A stretch of DNA of 64,000 nucleotides from Eledone cirrhosa (taxonomy: Eukaryota): assembly GCA_964016885.1 (NCBI GenBank), contig OZ024742.1, positions 282,100,001 to 282,164,000 on the forward strand, read 5' to 3'. The position numbers and the translations under genes were made by a program. The notes under the pieces are model-generated. The model worked only from the letters and a program-made list of their open reading frames with translations. It was not told the origin of the DNA and made no database searches. Below, in pieces: positions 28,240 to 42,447 of this stretch; within the stretch, counting starts at the first letter, position 1; each line of letters begins with the position of its first letter.

Positions 28240-28420
28240 TGCGGTGGATTGGCAGTATCAGTAGAGGGTTGGACGCCATACTTTGCAGCATAGAATTACG
28301 TCCCTTTATGGTCTAAGTTCAAATCCTGCCGAGGTTAAATTTGCGTTTCATCCTTACGGGGTCGATAAAATAAAGTACACTGGGATAATTGCTGGCCTCG
28401 CGCCAAAAATAGAAACAATT
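28240..28420 (+). mobile_element. SINE (main family)
   Basis: Matches consensus from A box to GAAACAATT. Confidence 0.85.
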
Positions 28421-28984
28421 ATGTATATATGTGTGTGCCTGTGACCGCACCGCTACTCTCTTTTAACAAGGAAAGGCTAGCAGCGTTCCTATGCCTAGTG
28501 GTTATGACGAATGAGATTGTGTAGTGGACAAGTCTGAAAGGACTTATCACAGACACATAACTCTCCGGTCAAGCTGTCATCCACCTTTTCTACTTTCACC
28601 TAGAAAGTGAGTGGCAAAGCAGATACATTCCTCCAGTAATTTTACCAAAAACTGGGTAAAAGTAGTGAAAATAGCAATAGTGATTGAATCGACAATTAGA
28701 TTATGCCTCTAGGTTTGATTATGATAGTTAGGAGAAGATACTCAGTCGAGGGGGAGATCATCATGATTGTGTATTTGTACGATTCCTCTATTAGTTAACC
28801 TTAGGTTTTTCGCTCTCTGTACTAGGTGGAATAAATGCCTTATATAACTGGATGCTATTTTCTTAACTTGCACACCATGTACATCTGTTAACCATTTTCT
28901 TTCATTTCTATGTAAACTCATACCTTAACTTTGTAACGTGTCTTTGCGATGTTTCTTTCATTCGATGTTGACTTCTTTTTCTTC

Positions 28985-29740
28985 TTCTTCTTGAGAGGGC
29001 CATGGAGTCAGTCTCAAACACCCCTTCCAGGGAGCCTTCTCAGAAATAACCGTCTCCAACTGATCCAGCTGGATCCCCAAGTGAGAACAGCCGAGCTAAT
29101 GGATGTTATCCAACCATCTTTCTCGCCAGTCGGTTGGATTTGCTCGTAAAATCTCTCCAGCAATTCTTTCCTGAGACATTCTAACCGCATGCCCGTATTA
29201 TTAGAGTTGTGATCTCTCAAGTACCTGGAGTGCCTCTCTGATCTCCGGGCTACGCACTCTATTGAGTAACGTTACTTTAGCGGAACCCTAATTCGACCAC
29301 TTGTATTCGCGATCGTATTCTTTCTGTCATTACCCAAGACTCGTGTAAGGGTTGGCACGAATACAGAATTAAAGATAACCCCCTTCTTCTGATTACTGAA
29401 TGCTGAATAAGGCACGTTACTGCACCAGCTCCTGCAATACTTGCACTTAATACAACCTCATGCCTTCCATCACTCCTGAACACGGCCCCGAAATACTTGA
29501 ACTTGTAACTGTGGAACTCCATTCACAGAACAAGATTCCTTGAGAGGACGAGTGTCTCAGTCTTCACAGCACTGATTTTCATTCCAGCAATTCCAGCCTC
29601 AAACTTATCAAGCGCATGTCGATGTTCACCTTCTGGTGAATTTAGTAATATCATGTCATCTGCAAATTACAGCCGGCTGATACTCCACCTGCCAGTCTTG
29701 ATATCGCTTTGAACCTGGCTGCGTATGTCAATCCTGTCAT
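28985..29740 (-). mobile_element. Degenerate RTE (Expander/Rex3-like) LINE 3' portion
   Basis: FKYFGAVFRSDGR..ESWVMTERIRSRIQ; (GAA)n tail at ~28972-28990. Confidence 0.75.
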
Positions 29741-30194
29741 TCGGTGTGCTTGTGGCAATTAAAAGAAATAGTTATATTTATGCACATATATCAACAATAA
29801 TAATGAGTGTGCGTGTGCGCACACGTACGTACATAGCTGCATACTTACATACAAATAAAAAAGTGTCTAGTCATCCCTTCATCCCAAAACACCAAGCACC
29901 ATCTTACTAACCCTTAAATCAGTAAAATACGATAGCTCATGATATGCTGAAAAAACACGCAGGAAATATGATATGCTAGCCTCGAAGATAATCTATTGGG
30001 AAATATTCAGATAATATATACCAATATACGGATATAACCTCATACATACAAGCTTATATACTTACATATATACATATATATATGTGTGTGTTTGTGTGCG
30101 CGAGCGTGTGTAAGTGTATTTTTATACATGTATGTGTGTATGCATATATATATATATATGTGTGTGTGTTTGTGTGTATGTGTGTGTATGTATA

Positions 30195-30247
<53 letters not shown>

Positions 30248-30248
30248 G

Positions 30249-30323
<75 letters not shown>

Positions 30324-30351
30324 GTATATATATATACGTATATATATATAC

Positions 30352-30394
<43 letters not shown>

Positions 30395-30488
30395 TAGGTA
30401 GATATAAATCATTTGCGTGTGAGACCGAGGGAAAGGTTAGAGTATGTTAACGAGTATGTATGCATGCGGGTACGTATGATTGTATATG

Positions 30489-30542
<54 letters not shown>

Positions 30543-30682
30543 TGGGGACAGTGTACTTCAATATAATTCAGTAGAGCAAAACACCCAGTTATTTTCATAA
30601 TCAAATTGATTGATTGACTACATACATACTAACACACACAACCAGAAGCTTTTGTTTCTATGTGCATCTCTATATGGGAAAC

Positions 30683-30713
<31 letters not shown>

Positions 30714-30732
30714 ATATATAGATAGATATATT

Positions 30733-30883
<151 letters not shown>

Positions 30884-30901
30884 GTGTATGTATGTATATA
30901 T

Positions 30902-30940
<39 letters not shown>

Positions 30941-31800
30941 ATATGAAAGGAGTAACACATCACCACAACGTGTAAACCAGATACGATATGTATATATAAG
31001 CATGTGTCATTTCGTCTTTCCCTTTTTTTAGTATTGGTCTTTATTCCTGTTTTTTTTTTATATATATATACACAAATATACTTATCTACACCCCAAAAGA
31101 GAGACATATGGTGCGTATATAATGTTTGTATCTACGTCTCTAGACACATTATTTTTATATATATATATACATAGATAGATATTTGTGTGTGTATGTGTAT
31201 GTACATATATGTATATATATTCAAGCACGTACGTATATATGTTTGTATGAAATACATCTAAGTACAGTTGTGGCGTGTTTGTGTGCTTTTTTGTGATGAC
31301 ATAGTTTAGCAAAGCATTGTGGGAGAATAAGAAAAAATGAGTGGCGTATCTGTCAGAGGCTTGTCATTGTGGTCTTAACCATTTGTGCTTTTGCGTTTGA
31401 TAAAAAGATTTAGGAAATCTCCCAAGATTGGAGTCAAACTCTCCCAGCGACTTAGTATACACATAAGCGGTGTGTGTATTTTCTAATGTGTTTGCATTAG
31501 TCTGAGACATTGCGTTTCTATTTCAGTATGCGAGCATGTGTGTATTAGGTGCGTATGTATACGTAAGCCGAAATGGGTGATTTTAAAAGAGTTCGGTAGG
31601 CTGGCATACAGACACAGAGAGAGAAAAAAATGAATGAGAGGGGGATGAAGAGTGAGAAGGATTATAAGTAAAGATATTGGCAGCAGACAAATGGACACAC
31701 AGACAATTCAGGATGGTAACTAATACGAGCAGAGGGAGAATCTGAGCAATAAAAAAATACAAACGTACATACATATATACTTACATAGATACATATATAC

Positions 31801-31831
<31 letters not shown>

Positions 31832-32239
31832 CATATACATACATACGTATATTTACATATATACATAATCGAAGGGGACGGAAAAATTAATAGACTGTCT
31901 ATGAATGAGTGATGCTAGAGCGGTGCAATCTAACATGCATTAATTCCAAATCTTCTTATTAATAACTTCATTGTTTCTTTCCAGGAACTATGTTGAAAAC
32001 TAAACCTCGTTTGGTCATTACATGAGAATATCTTGGTCAGTTTATGAATTTTTCAACCTATAAACTTTGCAGTCGAACCTCGTACATACATATATAATGG
32101 ACTCTCCCGTCGATTTCGACGCATGAGGATCAACAACCTATTCAGTTCATTCAGTTTGTATGTTTATATCGAGCATGGCATTTTATACTTGACAAGGATT
32201 TGCAAGGCTGAGGTTTACTGGATAATGTTACTGGTATGT

Positions 32240-33300
32240 TTGATAATGCTTTTCTCCTCCTTCTTGCTTCTTTTAGCCTATGGATACAACCCAACTCAAA
32301 GTTACTGATCCCATTATGACACGTCGATCTTCAGTTCTTCTGCTGGAAGGCCACTTGCTCAAATGTCTCATGCGCTATATTGGTTGGAGAAAGATTACTC
32401 TTCAGCTTGTCTTTGTACCTAAGACATGGCCGTTCAACATTTCTATATCTACCATCAACCTGGCTGTACATGAGAAGTTTTTAGTATTCTTTTGTCACTC
32501 ATCTGATGACATGACCAGCTCAGCGTAGGTTGTGATTTTATAAGAAAGGCTTCAATGCCTCCAAACATGCTCTCAATTAAGAAATCAGCGTTGTATATTG
32601 TCTTTATGAAAGACGTCTGGTTAGTTGATGTGTGACCTATATGGAGTCCAAGATTCTGATCTACATAAGAGTGTGGTCAGTACAACAGGTTAATTAACCT
32701 GTTGCACTAGCCAGTGTTATGCTCCTCTCATTCCAAAGACGACGATGAAGCGTGCCAAATGCACTTGGGGCTTTCCCTAGACGATTAATTATCTTGTCAC
32801 CGAGAGATACATTTGAGTACACTTTATTGCCAAGATATGTGAACGATTTCGCATACTTGAGATTCTTCCTCTTGACTTTTATATGAGTATCTGGTAACTG
32901 ATGATGTACCGGTTTCTCTTTGACACCTTGTATTCTTTTGGTCATAGAGCATGGTTTTCATTATGCTGATGGTAGGCCCGAAAGCTTTACTTGCAAAAGA
33001 AAAACTGTTTACGTGTTCCTGCGCCTCCTATAAATCCGTTGCTACAAGTGCAGCAGCATCTGAAAAAAGAAGATTGCGAATGGTGCTGGTCCGCAGACGC
33101 GTGTTAGCTTTGAATCGTTCATGTTTGAAGAGTCTGCCACTCGTACGAAATTGAAATCTAACACCTGTGTCTTTTTCACCGAAGGCATATATCAGCATCA
33201 CTGAGAAGAATGGTGCAAAAGAACTGGAGCAATGACACAGTTTTTTTTTTGACCATTTGTCACATCAAAGAAAGCCGACAACTTGAAAATCCAAAATCCA
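32240..33300 (-). mobile_element. Degenerate RTE-BovB-like LINE RT region
   Basis: FTYLGNKV..DKIINRLGKAPSAFGTLHRRLWNER. Confidence 0.75.
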
Positions 33301-33379
33301 ATTCCCAGGTCTGATGAAAAAAAATCGTTGATTTCCATCTCCAAACACTGGCCATATTGAGCCATGTGGGACCGAGGTA

Positions 33380-34390
33380 TCGAGTCAGATCGTCGTGCTA
33401 AGAAATAAATCTTGCTTTTGGCATTGGTGTCAACTCTGTTGCTCTAAATGTCCACTTGTTGTCTCTATGACTAAAGACTTGACCAGCCCATCTATGTTTG
33501 CCCTTCTACATGGTCTTGATTATGTCTTTCACATCTCTCCTTTCGTTTTCCTGTAACTAACCACTGCAATCTGATCTGCGAGTGTACGAGATCGGGAAGT
33601 CGATGTTATTAATATTCCATCCCAGTGGAGGACTAGATAGAATCTGTCTTCAGATGGGAAAGCGGATGACTGGATTTCCTGAGCCATTTCTTCGTGGTTG
33701 CTGGTTCTTTCTCGATAAACAGTTGAGAGGTAAATCTAGAGTTCACACACATCCTGACCAAGACTCTTTGCAATTGCGATGTAAGAAGTACTTGCTTTTC
33801 GTACCAATAGTTTTCCGCTTCCCACAACGAGTGTGGCTTCGAGATTGGCTTTAATTGTGAGGATTTTCGTTGGGGTGTTTACTTGAAGATTGCATCATCA
33901 TCATCATCACTAATAGCTGAACTGAATGACGAACTTTCAAGAGCTACTTTCTCAGACATCTTGAATTCTTCATCTCTTTTTTTTTTACTTTTATATCGTG
34001 AATCTTCATTTACTTCATGTGAATAACTCTCACGTGTTCTGCATTACCACCAGCCTGCAATGAAGACATCTGATCTTCTAGATGTGTTCCAAGAAAAGCT
34101 TGTCTTCAGATGAGACATCTTTTCGTTCGAGAACGTCCTGGCTTGCAATGTCAAAAATTTCCTCGAGATTACCTTTCCAAATTTCACTCTGTGCAATATC
34201 TTTGTCAGTAATCGTTGATTTCTTTTTTCAGTCCTTGATACTCCTCATATAATTTCTCGAGTGAAGTGCGAATGGTTTTGTTCGTTTTGGTAGCGTTGTT
34301 TGCTTTTCCCCACACTTCCTGGATATTCTGGCTAGTGTCTTTTGCCTCCTCGAATTTGACACAAGAGCACTTGTGATGATGTTGGTTGTT
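33380..34390 (-). mobile_element. Highly degraded RTE LINE fragments
   Basis: Near 33450-33530 the minus strand reads VKDIIKTM*KGKHRWAGQV..RDNKWT; the rest is poorly resolved. Confidence 0.45.
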
Positions 34391-34399
34391 TTGGTGATG

Positions 34400-34702
34400 A
34401 TGGTGGTGAAGTGAATTCTTTCATTTGTTTAGCATAGCTTTCAAAAAGCACCAAATTATGTAACCCCTAATATATTCGTATCTTCTTGTGTTTTTGTCTG
34501 TGCAGCTTTTATGTGAAATGGAATCAGAGCGCAAGCGAGATGAAGTGATTCCAATAAAACAAATCTTCCAGGTGTACATACACACAGCTCAACACACACG
34601 AACGGAAAATCTGTAAAAGCTCTTCGGATTGACTGTGCCTGTAATACAATGAGTGGGCACTTTGGTTGATTAAACAACTGGAACACGCGTCGTCGAAAAC
34701 CG
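34400..34702 (-). repeat. Dispersed ~300-bp repeat, inverted copy of 48760-49062
   Basis: High visible identity; near-identical ORF translations. Confidence 0.85.
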
Positions 34703-35091
34703 ACAGAGGAACCATTAAATTATTCACTATATATATCAACGTACACACGGCTACACATACATATAAATTTGAGTGTGTGTGTTTACTTGGAGAGAGAAAA
34801 ATCAGGTCTGGCAAGAGGGGAGTCGCGATTTCCTCTGTGGTTAAAATTCATTCAACCTCGGTACAATCATAACTATCTCTGCTTTCTCTTAATCTCTTTG
34901 TCAGTCTGTTCTATATATCAGTTTTAATACAGAATTCATAATCTGGTTGTGTTGATTTGCCAAACTTGTTTGTAAGTTTTGTGAATAGCCTTCTGTCTAT
35001 AGCCAGACCAGCTTGTTCTCTGTGACACTTATAACCTCTTGCAATCAATGCAATGTTAATAAACACAAAACTAATTTTACAGGAACACCTA

Positions 35092-35228
<137 letters not shown>

Positions 35229-35796
35229 GGTATGTATGTGTTTATGAATATGGATATATATGTACGTATTATGTATATATATATGTTTATAGTGTGTGCA
35301 CATGCGCGCGTGTGTGTGCATGTGTATGTGTGTCTGTGTGTGTGCGTGCGCGTGTGTGTGTGTGTGTGTGTGTGTATACATTCTGTATGGAAATAATTTA
35401 TCCATATGCCCTATGGTTGTTCGGTAATTTTTCTTCAGGCAAGGAGCGTTATTGCTGCAGTAATATTTTACAGTAATTTTATTGCAAGACAGTTGAAGGA
35501 TTTAACTGCAATAACGTAACACTCTGCTATAGAATGTCTGTTGTAAATAACACACTTTTCATTGCAATGTTTATTTAGAGAGTTCTCATGACCCTCTTCA
35601 GGACATCCCAACCTGGTGAAGAAACGAGAGGAAGCTATCTTCAAACAGAAGACGAAGTTTGAATGCTCGCAAAATGCTTGCAAAAACATAGTATCTTTGA
35701 TGTAATCTATATAATAGGCTTCTTTCCTTTGTTTTTCACTGCACATATCTCTTGCTTTACTTGGAATATTACCTCAGATCTAACTGATATTGAATT

Positions 35797-36212
35797 TCTA
35801 ATTTAGGGACAAGATCAGCAATTTTGGCTGAAGGGCAGAGTTGATTTAATACACCCCAGTATTTGACTGGCATTTCCCTAACCATTCTCCGGGGAAACGC
35901 CTTCTCCATTCTGTCCGCCGGGGCTGTGGGGAGGCCAGCACGTGGGACCCCATTTGCTCACTATAACGGAGAGATAAGGAGAGCCAGTGAGATGGGGGCG
36001 ATGACAGTGGGAGTTCGGCTGTTCTTTCATGTTTGCTTAGGTTACAATTGCATTGTGACAATTTAACTAAGTCTGTATCAAGACACAACAAACCTAAATG
36101 TATTATCGACCCCGGAAGGATGAAAGACAAAGTTGATCTCGGTGGGATTTGAACTCAGAATGTAAACAACCAGAACAAATGTTGCAGTAGCTATTTATGC
36201 CAGTTCACCACC
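35797..36212 (-). mobile_element. SINE split by a CRE-like insertion
   Basis: SINE halves at 35797-35870 and 36100-36212. Confidence 0.65.
35870..36095 (+). mobile_element. 3' remnant of CRE-clade (RLE) non-LTR retrotransposon
   Basis: ISLTILRGNAFSILSAG matches the conserved RGNA C-terminus of CRE-type elements. Confidence 0.55.
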
Positions 36213-37283
36213 ATTAGATTTAAGTAATACTATTTCCGTTATCTATTATATTCATCTTAATGTAAATCATATTTATGTTTCACCAGAGATGTCAGGGCCA
36301 CAAGAAGCAGATTACGTTACTTTTCAAAACTGCATGTTACTCTTTTTTTTAACTACTTTAAAATTTTACTTTTTAAATGTAAGATTTCTATTGTTATAAT
36401 AATAATTTAAAACTCTTGTTATGTCTTCTACAGTAAAACTATAACTTTTCTTATGAACAAGCTATGTTTTTTCTGTGTACGAAGAGAATAACAAATTATC
36501 TTAGCTTACAATTTGAAATATTATCTGTAACAACAGGCTTAAACGTTCTCATAAACAGTATGTTATGCATAAGTATACATTATTTAATTAATCATGTAAC
36601 CAAAGTATATACGTTATGCAAAGTAGACATTACATTTTTATTAAGTTTGATTTGTAATATAAAAGGCAATTTACAACAAGTTCTTTTCGAAAGCAGAATA
36701 GTTAGTGTATTTGAACAAGCCAATAAGATATTTAAATGGAAAAGCGATCCATATATTTTTCTGTACACAAATAAAAATGCGTATATGAATATATTTGTTT
36801 ATGCCTTTACACCAAAGCATTATAATTTAAATTTTCCAGTATACTTATACTAAAATATATTAAAAACAGTCGCTAAAACAAGAAACAAGGGAGGTAACCT
36901 CAACAGTATCTAATCTTTAGTAAACAGTATATTGTAGTATGAGTGGAAATTGATCCATGGCCAAGTAATCATAGTAAAGGAAATGTATCCAGTGTCACGT
37001 CCATGTGATTACTAAATCTATATTTTGTCTCCCTGTGGAAGTAAGCCTTTGGATAAAGAACTTGTCGCACAGCAAAGGTCTGTGTGAATAGAACCAAATA
37101 GTTTCATTTTTCAATAAAAATTCATCAGAGATCGTTATATGCGTTTGTACATGTGTGGATTCTACGTTGGCAAGATTTGTGTATATGTTAGATTTTAGAG
37201 ACAATATAATTTATTCTATGTACAGTGATATATATATACAAGGGCACGCACATACATACATATGCATATACACACACACACAT

Positions 37284-37315
<32 letters not shown>

Positions 37316-37326
37316 CACATAGATAT

Positions 37327-37410
<84 letters not shown>

Positions 37411-37425
37411 GTATATATGTATATA

Positions 37426-37525
<100 letters not shown>

Positions 37526-37542
37526 GATATATACATATATAC

Positions 37543-37643
<101 letters not shown>

Positions 37644-37756
37644 AAACGTAGTAGCCAGCTGGGAATAGGATGAATTGAAGAGACTATCATTCTACTTTAG
37701 AAGGAAAATCAATTAGTTTAATTATTGGATACTTGAATATTTATTTAAACATCGCG

Positions 37757-37880
<124 letters not shown>

Positions 37881-38022
37881 CGTGGTAGTGGTAGTGGTAG
37901 TGGTGGTAGTGGTGGTAGTGGTAGTAAATCTGTTGTTGCTTTTATTGTAAATATATATATAATTCTATTATTGTTGATAGCTTTAATATTGTTAATAATA
38001 ATGTAAATGATATATGCCTTTC

Positions 38023-38078
<56 letters not shown>

Positions 38079-38138
38079 ATATCTACATATATATAGATAC
38101 ATATATACATATATATATACATACATATTTATATATAT

Positions 38139-38191
<53 letters not shown>

Positions 38192-38214
38192 CATACATAT
38201 TTATATATATACAA

Positions 38215-38290
<76 letters not shown>

Positions 38291-38304
38291 ATATATATAT
38301 ATAC

Positions 38305-38368
<64 letters not shown>

Positions 38369-38625
38369 GCATATATATATCTGTGTGTGTGGGCGCGTGC
38401 ACATATGTATGTGTATGTACCTGCCTATGCGTAAGTTTATATGAATAATTATCTTTCCTGAAATATATTGTAAGTGACATGTGGCTCTCTTCTTCCTTTT
38501 GAAGATATATTTCTTACTTCTAAATTCTTTTAGATTTTCCTTCAATTCCATTATAATCTGGATTGCTATTACGGTGATGACCATCATCGTCATCATCACT
38601 ATCACCTTCATAACTATCCTCTTTA

Positions 38626-39143
38626 TCTATATATATAAAACTGAGGATGTCTGTCTGTGTGTGTGTGTGAGTTCGAATCCCTAAAACTCGAGAAGCACCC
38701 AACCGACTCTTTTCAAACTTTACACATGTAATACTTATGTTTCAGGGAGTTTTCCGAGCAAAAATAAATTTCGAATTTTCAATACCCTAGGGACCGCATT
38801 AAGCGATTTAGCGATCTCTCTCTATAATTCTTAGTCTTTCTCTTTTTAGATAGATACATACATATAACGTCGCGCCCTTATAATATCTGTCTGTATGTCT
38901 GGCTGTCTGCTGCCTCTGGTTATTAAGCCACCCTTGGTCAAGACAAATCTCACACTCATTCCCCAAACAGTTGATAAGTGCACACAGCTTCTTCCTCACG
39001 TCTTAAGCCACAGTGTTGCTTACTTACGTACCACCAGACCCTTACTTCTTTGCCAGCAGTGGTTATGGCAATACTGAGCTTAGCTAAGGCGGTTATATAT
39101 TTCACAATACCTTATCCCATGCAACGCCCGGTACCACTGCTAG
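38626..39143 (+). mobile_element. Non-autonomous Helitron
   Basis: A|TCTATATATATAAAAC..gtctgtctg.. ends in a degenerate hairpin then CTAG|T. Confidence 0.75.
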
Positions 39144-39433
39144 TCACCGACAAATTCCAATTCATTTTAAAATACTAATGTTGCTTTGGATAATGATGGT
39201 GTTGCTGATGATTACTTTTATAATGAGAATGATGGCGCTTATGATATTTATGATGATGTCTATCTTTATGATGATGTCTGCCTTTATGATGATGTCTGCC
39301 TTTATGATGATGTCTATCTTTATGATGATGATGATAACGATTGTGATGATTAAGGAATTTGTGATGATGATGTTGTTTATAATGATATGAAAGTTCATGT
39401 TAAGATTCATTATCAATAACTGTCGTTGTTATA

Positions 39434-40095
39434 ATAATTGTTTCTACTTTTAGCACAAGGCCAACAATTACCCAGTACATTACTGGTACTTTATTTTATC
39501 GACCCCGTAAGGATGAAAGGCATAGTTAACCTCGGCGGGATTTGAATTCAGATCGTAAAGGGACGTAACTATACTGGAAAGCATGTCCGACCCTCTATCG
39601 ATATAATTCACCGTTATTATTGATTATTTATTGTTTATTGTAGGACGATGGATTGGCAGTATCGGTAGAGCGTCGGACGCCATGCTTTGCAGCATAGAGT
39701 TACGGCCCTTTATGATCTGAGTTCAAATCCCGCCGAGCTTAACTTTGCCTTTCATCCTTACGGGGTCGATAAAATAAAGTACCAGTCACGCACTGACGTC
39801 GATTTAATCGACATTCTTCTCCTCCCCTTTAAATTGCTGGCCTTGTGTCTAAAGTAGAAACAATTATTTATTATTTATTGTGGATTGGCAGAATTGGTAG
39901 AGCGTCGGACAAAATGCTTTGCAGTATTTCGTTATGGCCCTTTCTGTTCTGAGTTCTAATCCCACCGAGGTTAGTTTTTCCTTTCATCCTTACGGGGTCG
40001 ATAAAATAAAGTACCAGTGACGCACTGGGGTCGATTTAGACGACTTTCCTCTTCCGTTCAAATTGGTGGCCTTGTGCCAAATGTAAAACCAATTA
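39434..40095. mobile_element. SINE cluster: one minus copy (39434-39612), two plus copies (39642-39865, 39879-40095)
   Basis: Consensus matches. Confidence 0.9.
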
Positions 40096-40112
40096 TTTAT
40101 TATCTATTGTTT

Positions 40113-40435
40113 AAGGGACGTGGTTCTGTGGTTAGGGTATTCGACTCACATCGTAAGGTCGTGAGTTGGATTCCCGGCGGCGTGATGGGTCATTTGAGCA
40201 AGACACTTTATTTCACGCTGCTCCAGCCCATTCAGCTGGCAAAAATGAGTTGTACCTATAATTCGAAGGGCCAGCCTTGACACATTATGTGTCACGTTGA
40301 ATCTCCCTGAGAACTGCGTTAATGGTACGCGTGTCTATAGAATGCTCGGCCTCTTGCGCGTTAATTTCACGAGCAGGCTGTTCCATTGATCGGATCAACT
40401 GTAACACTCGTCGTCGTAACCGACGGAATGCCATC
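40113..40435 (+). mobile_element. Second SINE family (tRNA head, CORE-like domain)
   Basis: A box tggttctgtggttagg, degenerate B box, ttgagcaagacactttatttcac core-like block. Confidence 0.7.
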
Positions 40436-40797
40436 TTATTATTTATTGGCTACCAGGGGACAATGCAAAAACAGGGGCAGGGCACATAAAATAACAACAA
40501 AACAAATATAACAATGAAATTCTCCAGTAGGGTTGACTAACACACAGGGCTGACTGAGGAACCCCACCAATCTAAAGCTACCCTAATCTACAAGAGCATT
40601 TGGGTTTGTTGGTTCACCACTGGATAGAACTGGTCATTCTGTGTGGTCAGCCACGATGTGATTTTATGGAAAGCACTCAACGTAATGCAACCACCCGTCT
40701 GGTCTTCGTTTGTGTAGTTGGTGGTGCGAGTACAGAGTTGTCTCTGATTTAAACACCAAAGTTTTTTATCGGATATATTCCTTCGTTATATTTTGAA

Positions 40798-40842
40798 TTA
40801 CCTGATGATGTCACCGGATTCATACTGAAATGATCATAGTAA
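40798..40842 (+). ncRNA. Degenerate hammerhead near a (TA)n-abutting terminus
   Basis: ttac-CTGATGA-(weak stem II)-GAAATG-at-CATA-gtaa. Confidence 0.5.
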
Positions 40843-40890
40843 AATAAACCTTTCAAGGATTTACACCAGAACATGCCTCCTGTTATTTTG

Positions 40891-40938
<48 letters not shown>

Positions 40939-41657
40939 GCCTGAATTCCTTTCAGAGTTCATTGTCACGCGCATGTATTGTTTTTTTTTTGGGGGGGGGG
41001 GGCGGTAATTCACTTCCTCATTTTTTGAATCAGTTCGAGCACTTCTTTCAGAACTGCTGGACTGGCAACCTAACAGATACCTCAGGCACAGAAAGTGATT
41101 ATCGCTAAATGCTGATGTTGGTTAGATTATCAATATTAGTATTATCGGGGCACCCACTGATGAATTATAGGAGCCCACTTGAATATATATCTATTGATGG
41201 TATACAAGCTCCTACATAAATTGGTATAATTTCACCCAAATTGTAGGAATCCTATAATGAAACGAGACGTCCGTCTGGGAAGAGATATATTAGATATGTC
41301 TCATTTGAAATAATACAGCCAATTTTCCACGCAATACTTTTAGTTAGCACCCCGAACACATAATTGGGAATATAATCACTTATTTCCTAATGTTTGTTGA
41401 ATGAGTTGGAATTTGGCCGGAGTATCGCTAAAAAGCTTTCTCCGATATTGTATTTATAATATAATATATATAGAGGAAAAACACAGGAGAGTATGTTTTC
41501 ATTTACAGGATTTCGAACCACCAGGATGAAGAGAATATAAGCTAAGAGAGGTGTAGGAAAAAACAATATAATTAAAAGTATAAATTAAAATGAGAAACCA
41601 ACCTCATAGCTAAGTCACACATGTACTATCTCATCAGGAGATTGATATATATGTATG

Positions 41658-41755
<98 letters not shown>

Positions 41756-41764
41756 GGCGAGTGC

Positions 41765-41810
41765 TAAGCTCTGATGAACACCAACAGTGTGAAACATATC
41801 TGTCAGCTTA
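41765..41810 (+). ncRNA. Well-formed type I hammerhead in a short PLE terminus (41754-41935)
   Basis: taagct-CTGATGA-acac-caaca-gtgt-GAAACA-tatc-TGTC-agctta; all three stems pair. Confidence 0.9.
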
Positions 41811-42097
41811 TCTCCCTTCCTTTGTTGAAAAAAGAAGTAAGTAACATAGTCACTACTTTAAAATAATAGCGCAAGGTCTTCAAAATGTTTTAAATTACAG
41901 TGTATTGCCAAATATACTATACATACATTGATATATATATATTGTTATACTTTGGGAGGGTCATGTTGCCAATAAGAAACACACGCACCAGTTGCTTTCA
42001 CTTCAATTTAATTTATTATATATTTATAAATTTACAAATTTATAAATTTCTGGTTGGTTGGTTGGTTCCACAACCAGATAGTTGTTTATATATATAT

Positions 42098-42142
42098 AGT
42101 CATAGTTCTTTCGTCACACACTCTGTGACCTCTTCAGTGACT
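42098..42142 (-). ncRNA. Minimal hammerhead, 3' pLTR
   Basis: agtca-CTGAAGA-g-gtcaca-gagtg-tgtgac-GAAAG-aa-CTA-tgact. Confidence 0.85.
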
Positions 42143-42447
42143 GGGGATTTCTTTCTTCGTTTCTGTGCCTTTCCTTTCTTCTATCCTACGCCATTTTGTT
42201 TGTGTGTGGGTTGCGTGCTCAGTTTGCGCATGCGCCACATCCGGGTGTCTGTGTGTGTTTGTGTTCATTTTTCTATTTTTCTATTTATATTTTTCTATTT
42301 GTTTGTTTATTTATTTATTTATTGTTGGTTGGTTGTTTGTTCTATGTGTGTGTGTGTTTTCATTTTGTCTTGTGTGTGTTTTTATTTTGTGTGTGTTTTC
42401 AATTGTAAGTTGTTTGTTCTATGTGTGTGTGTGTTTTCATTTTGTCC

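Noticed and set aside
37088-37133. Hammerhead-like core on the minus strand (CTGATGA-attttt/aaaaat-GAAAC..GTT)
   Set aside because: No stem I pairing and stem II is only A/T; may be chance.
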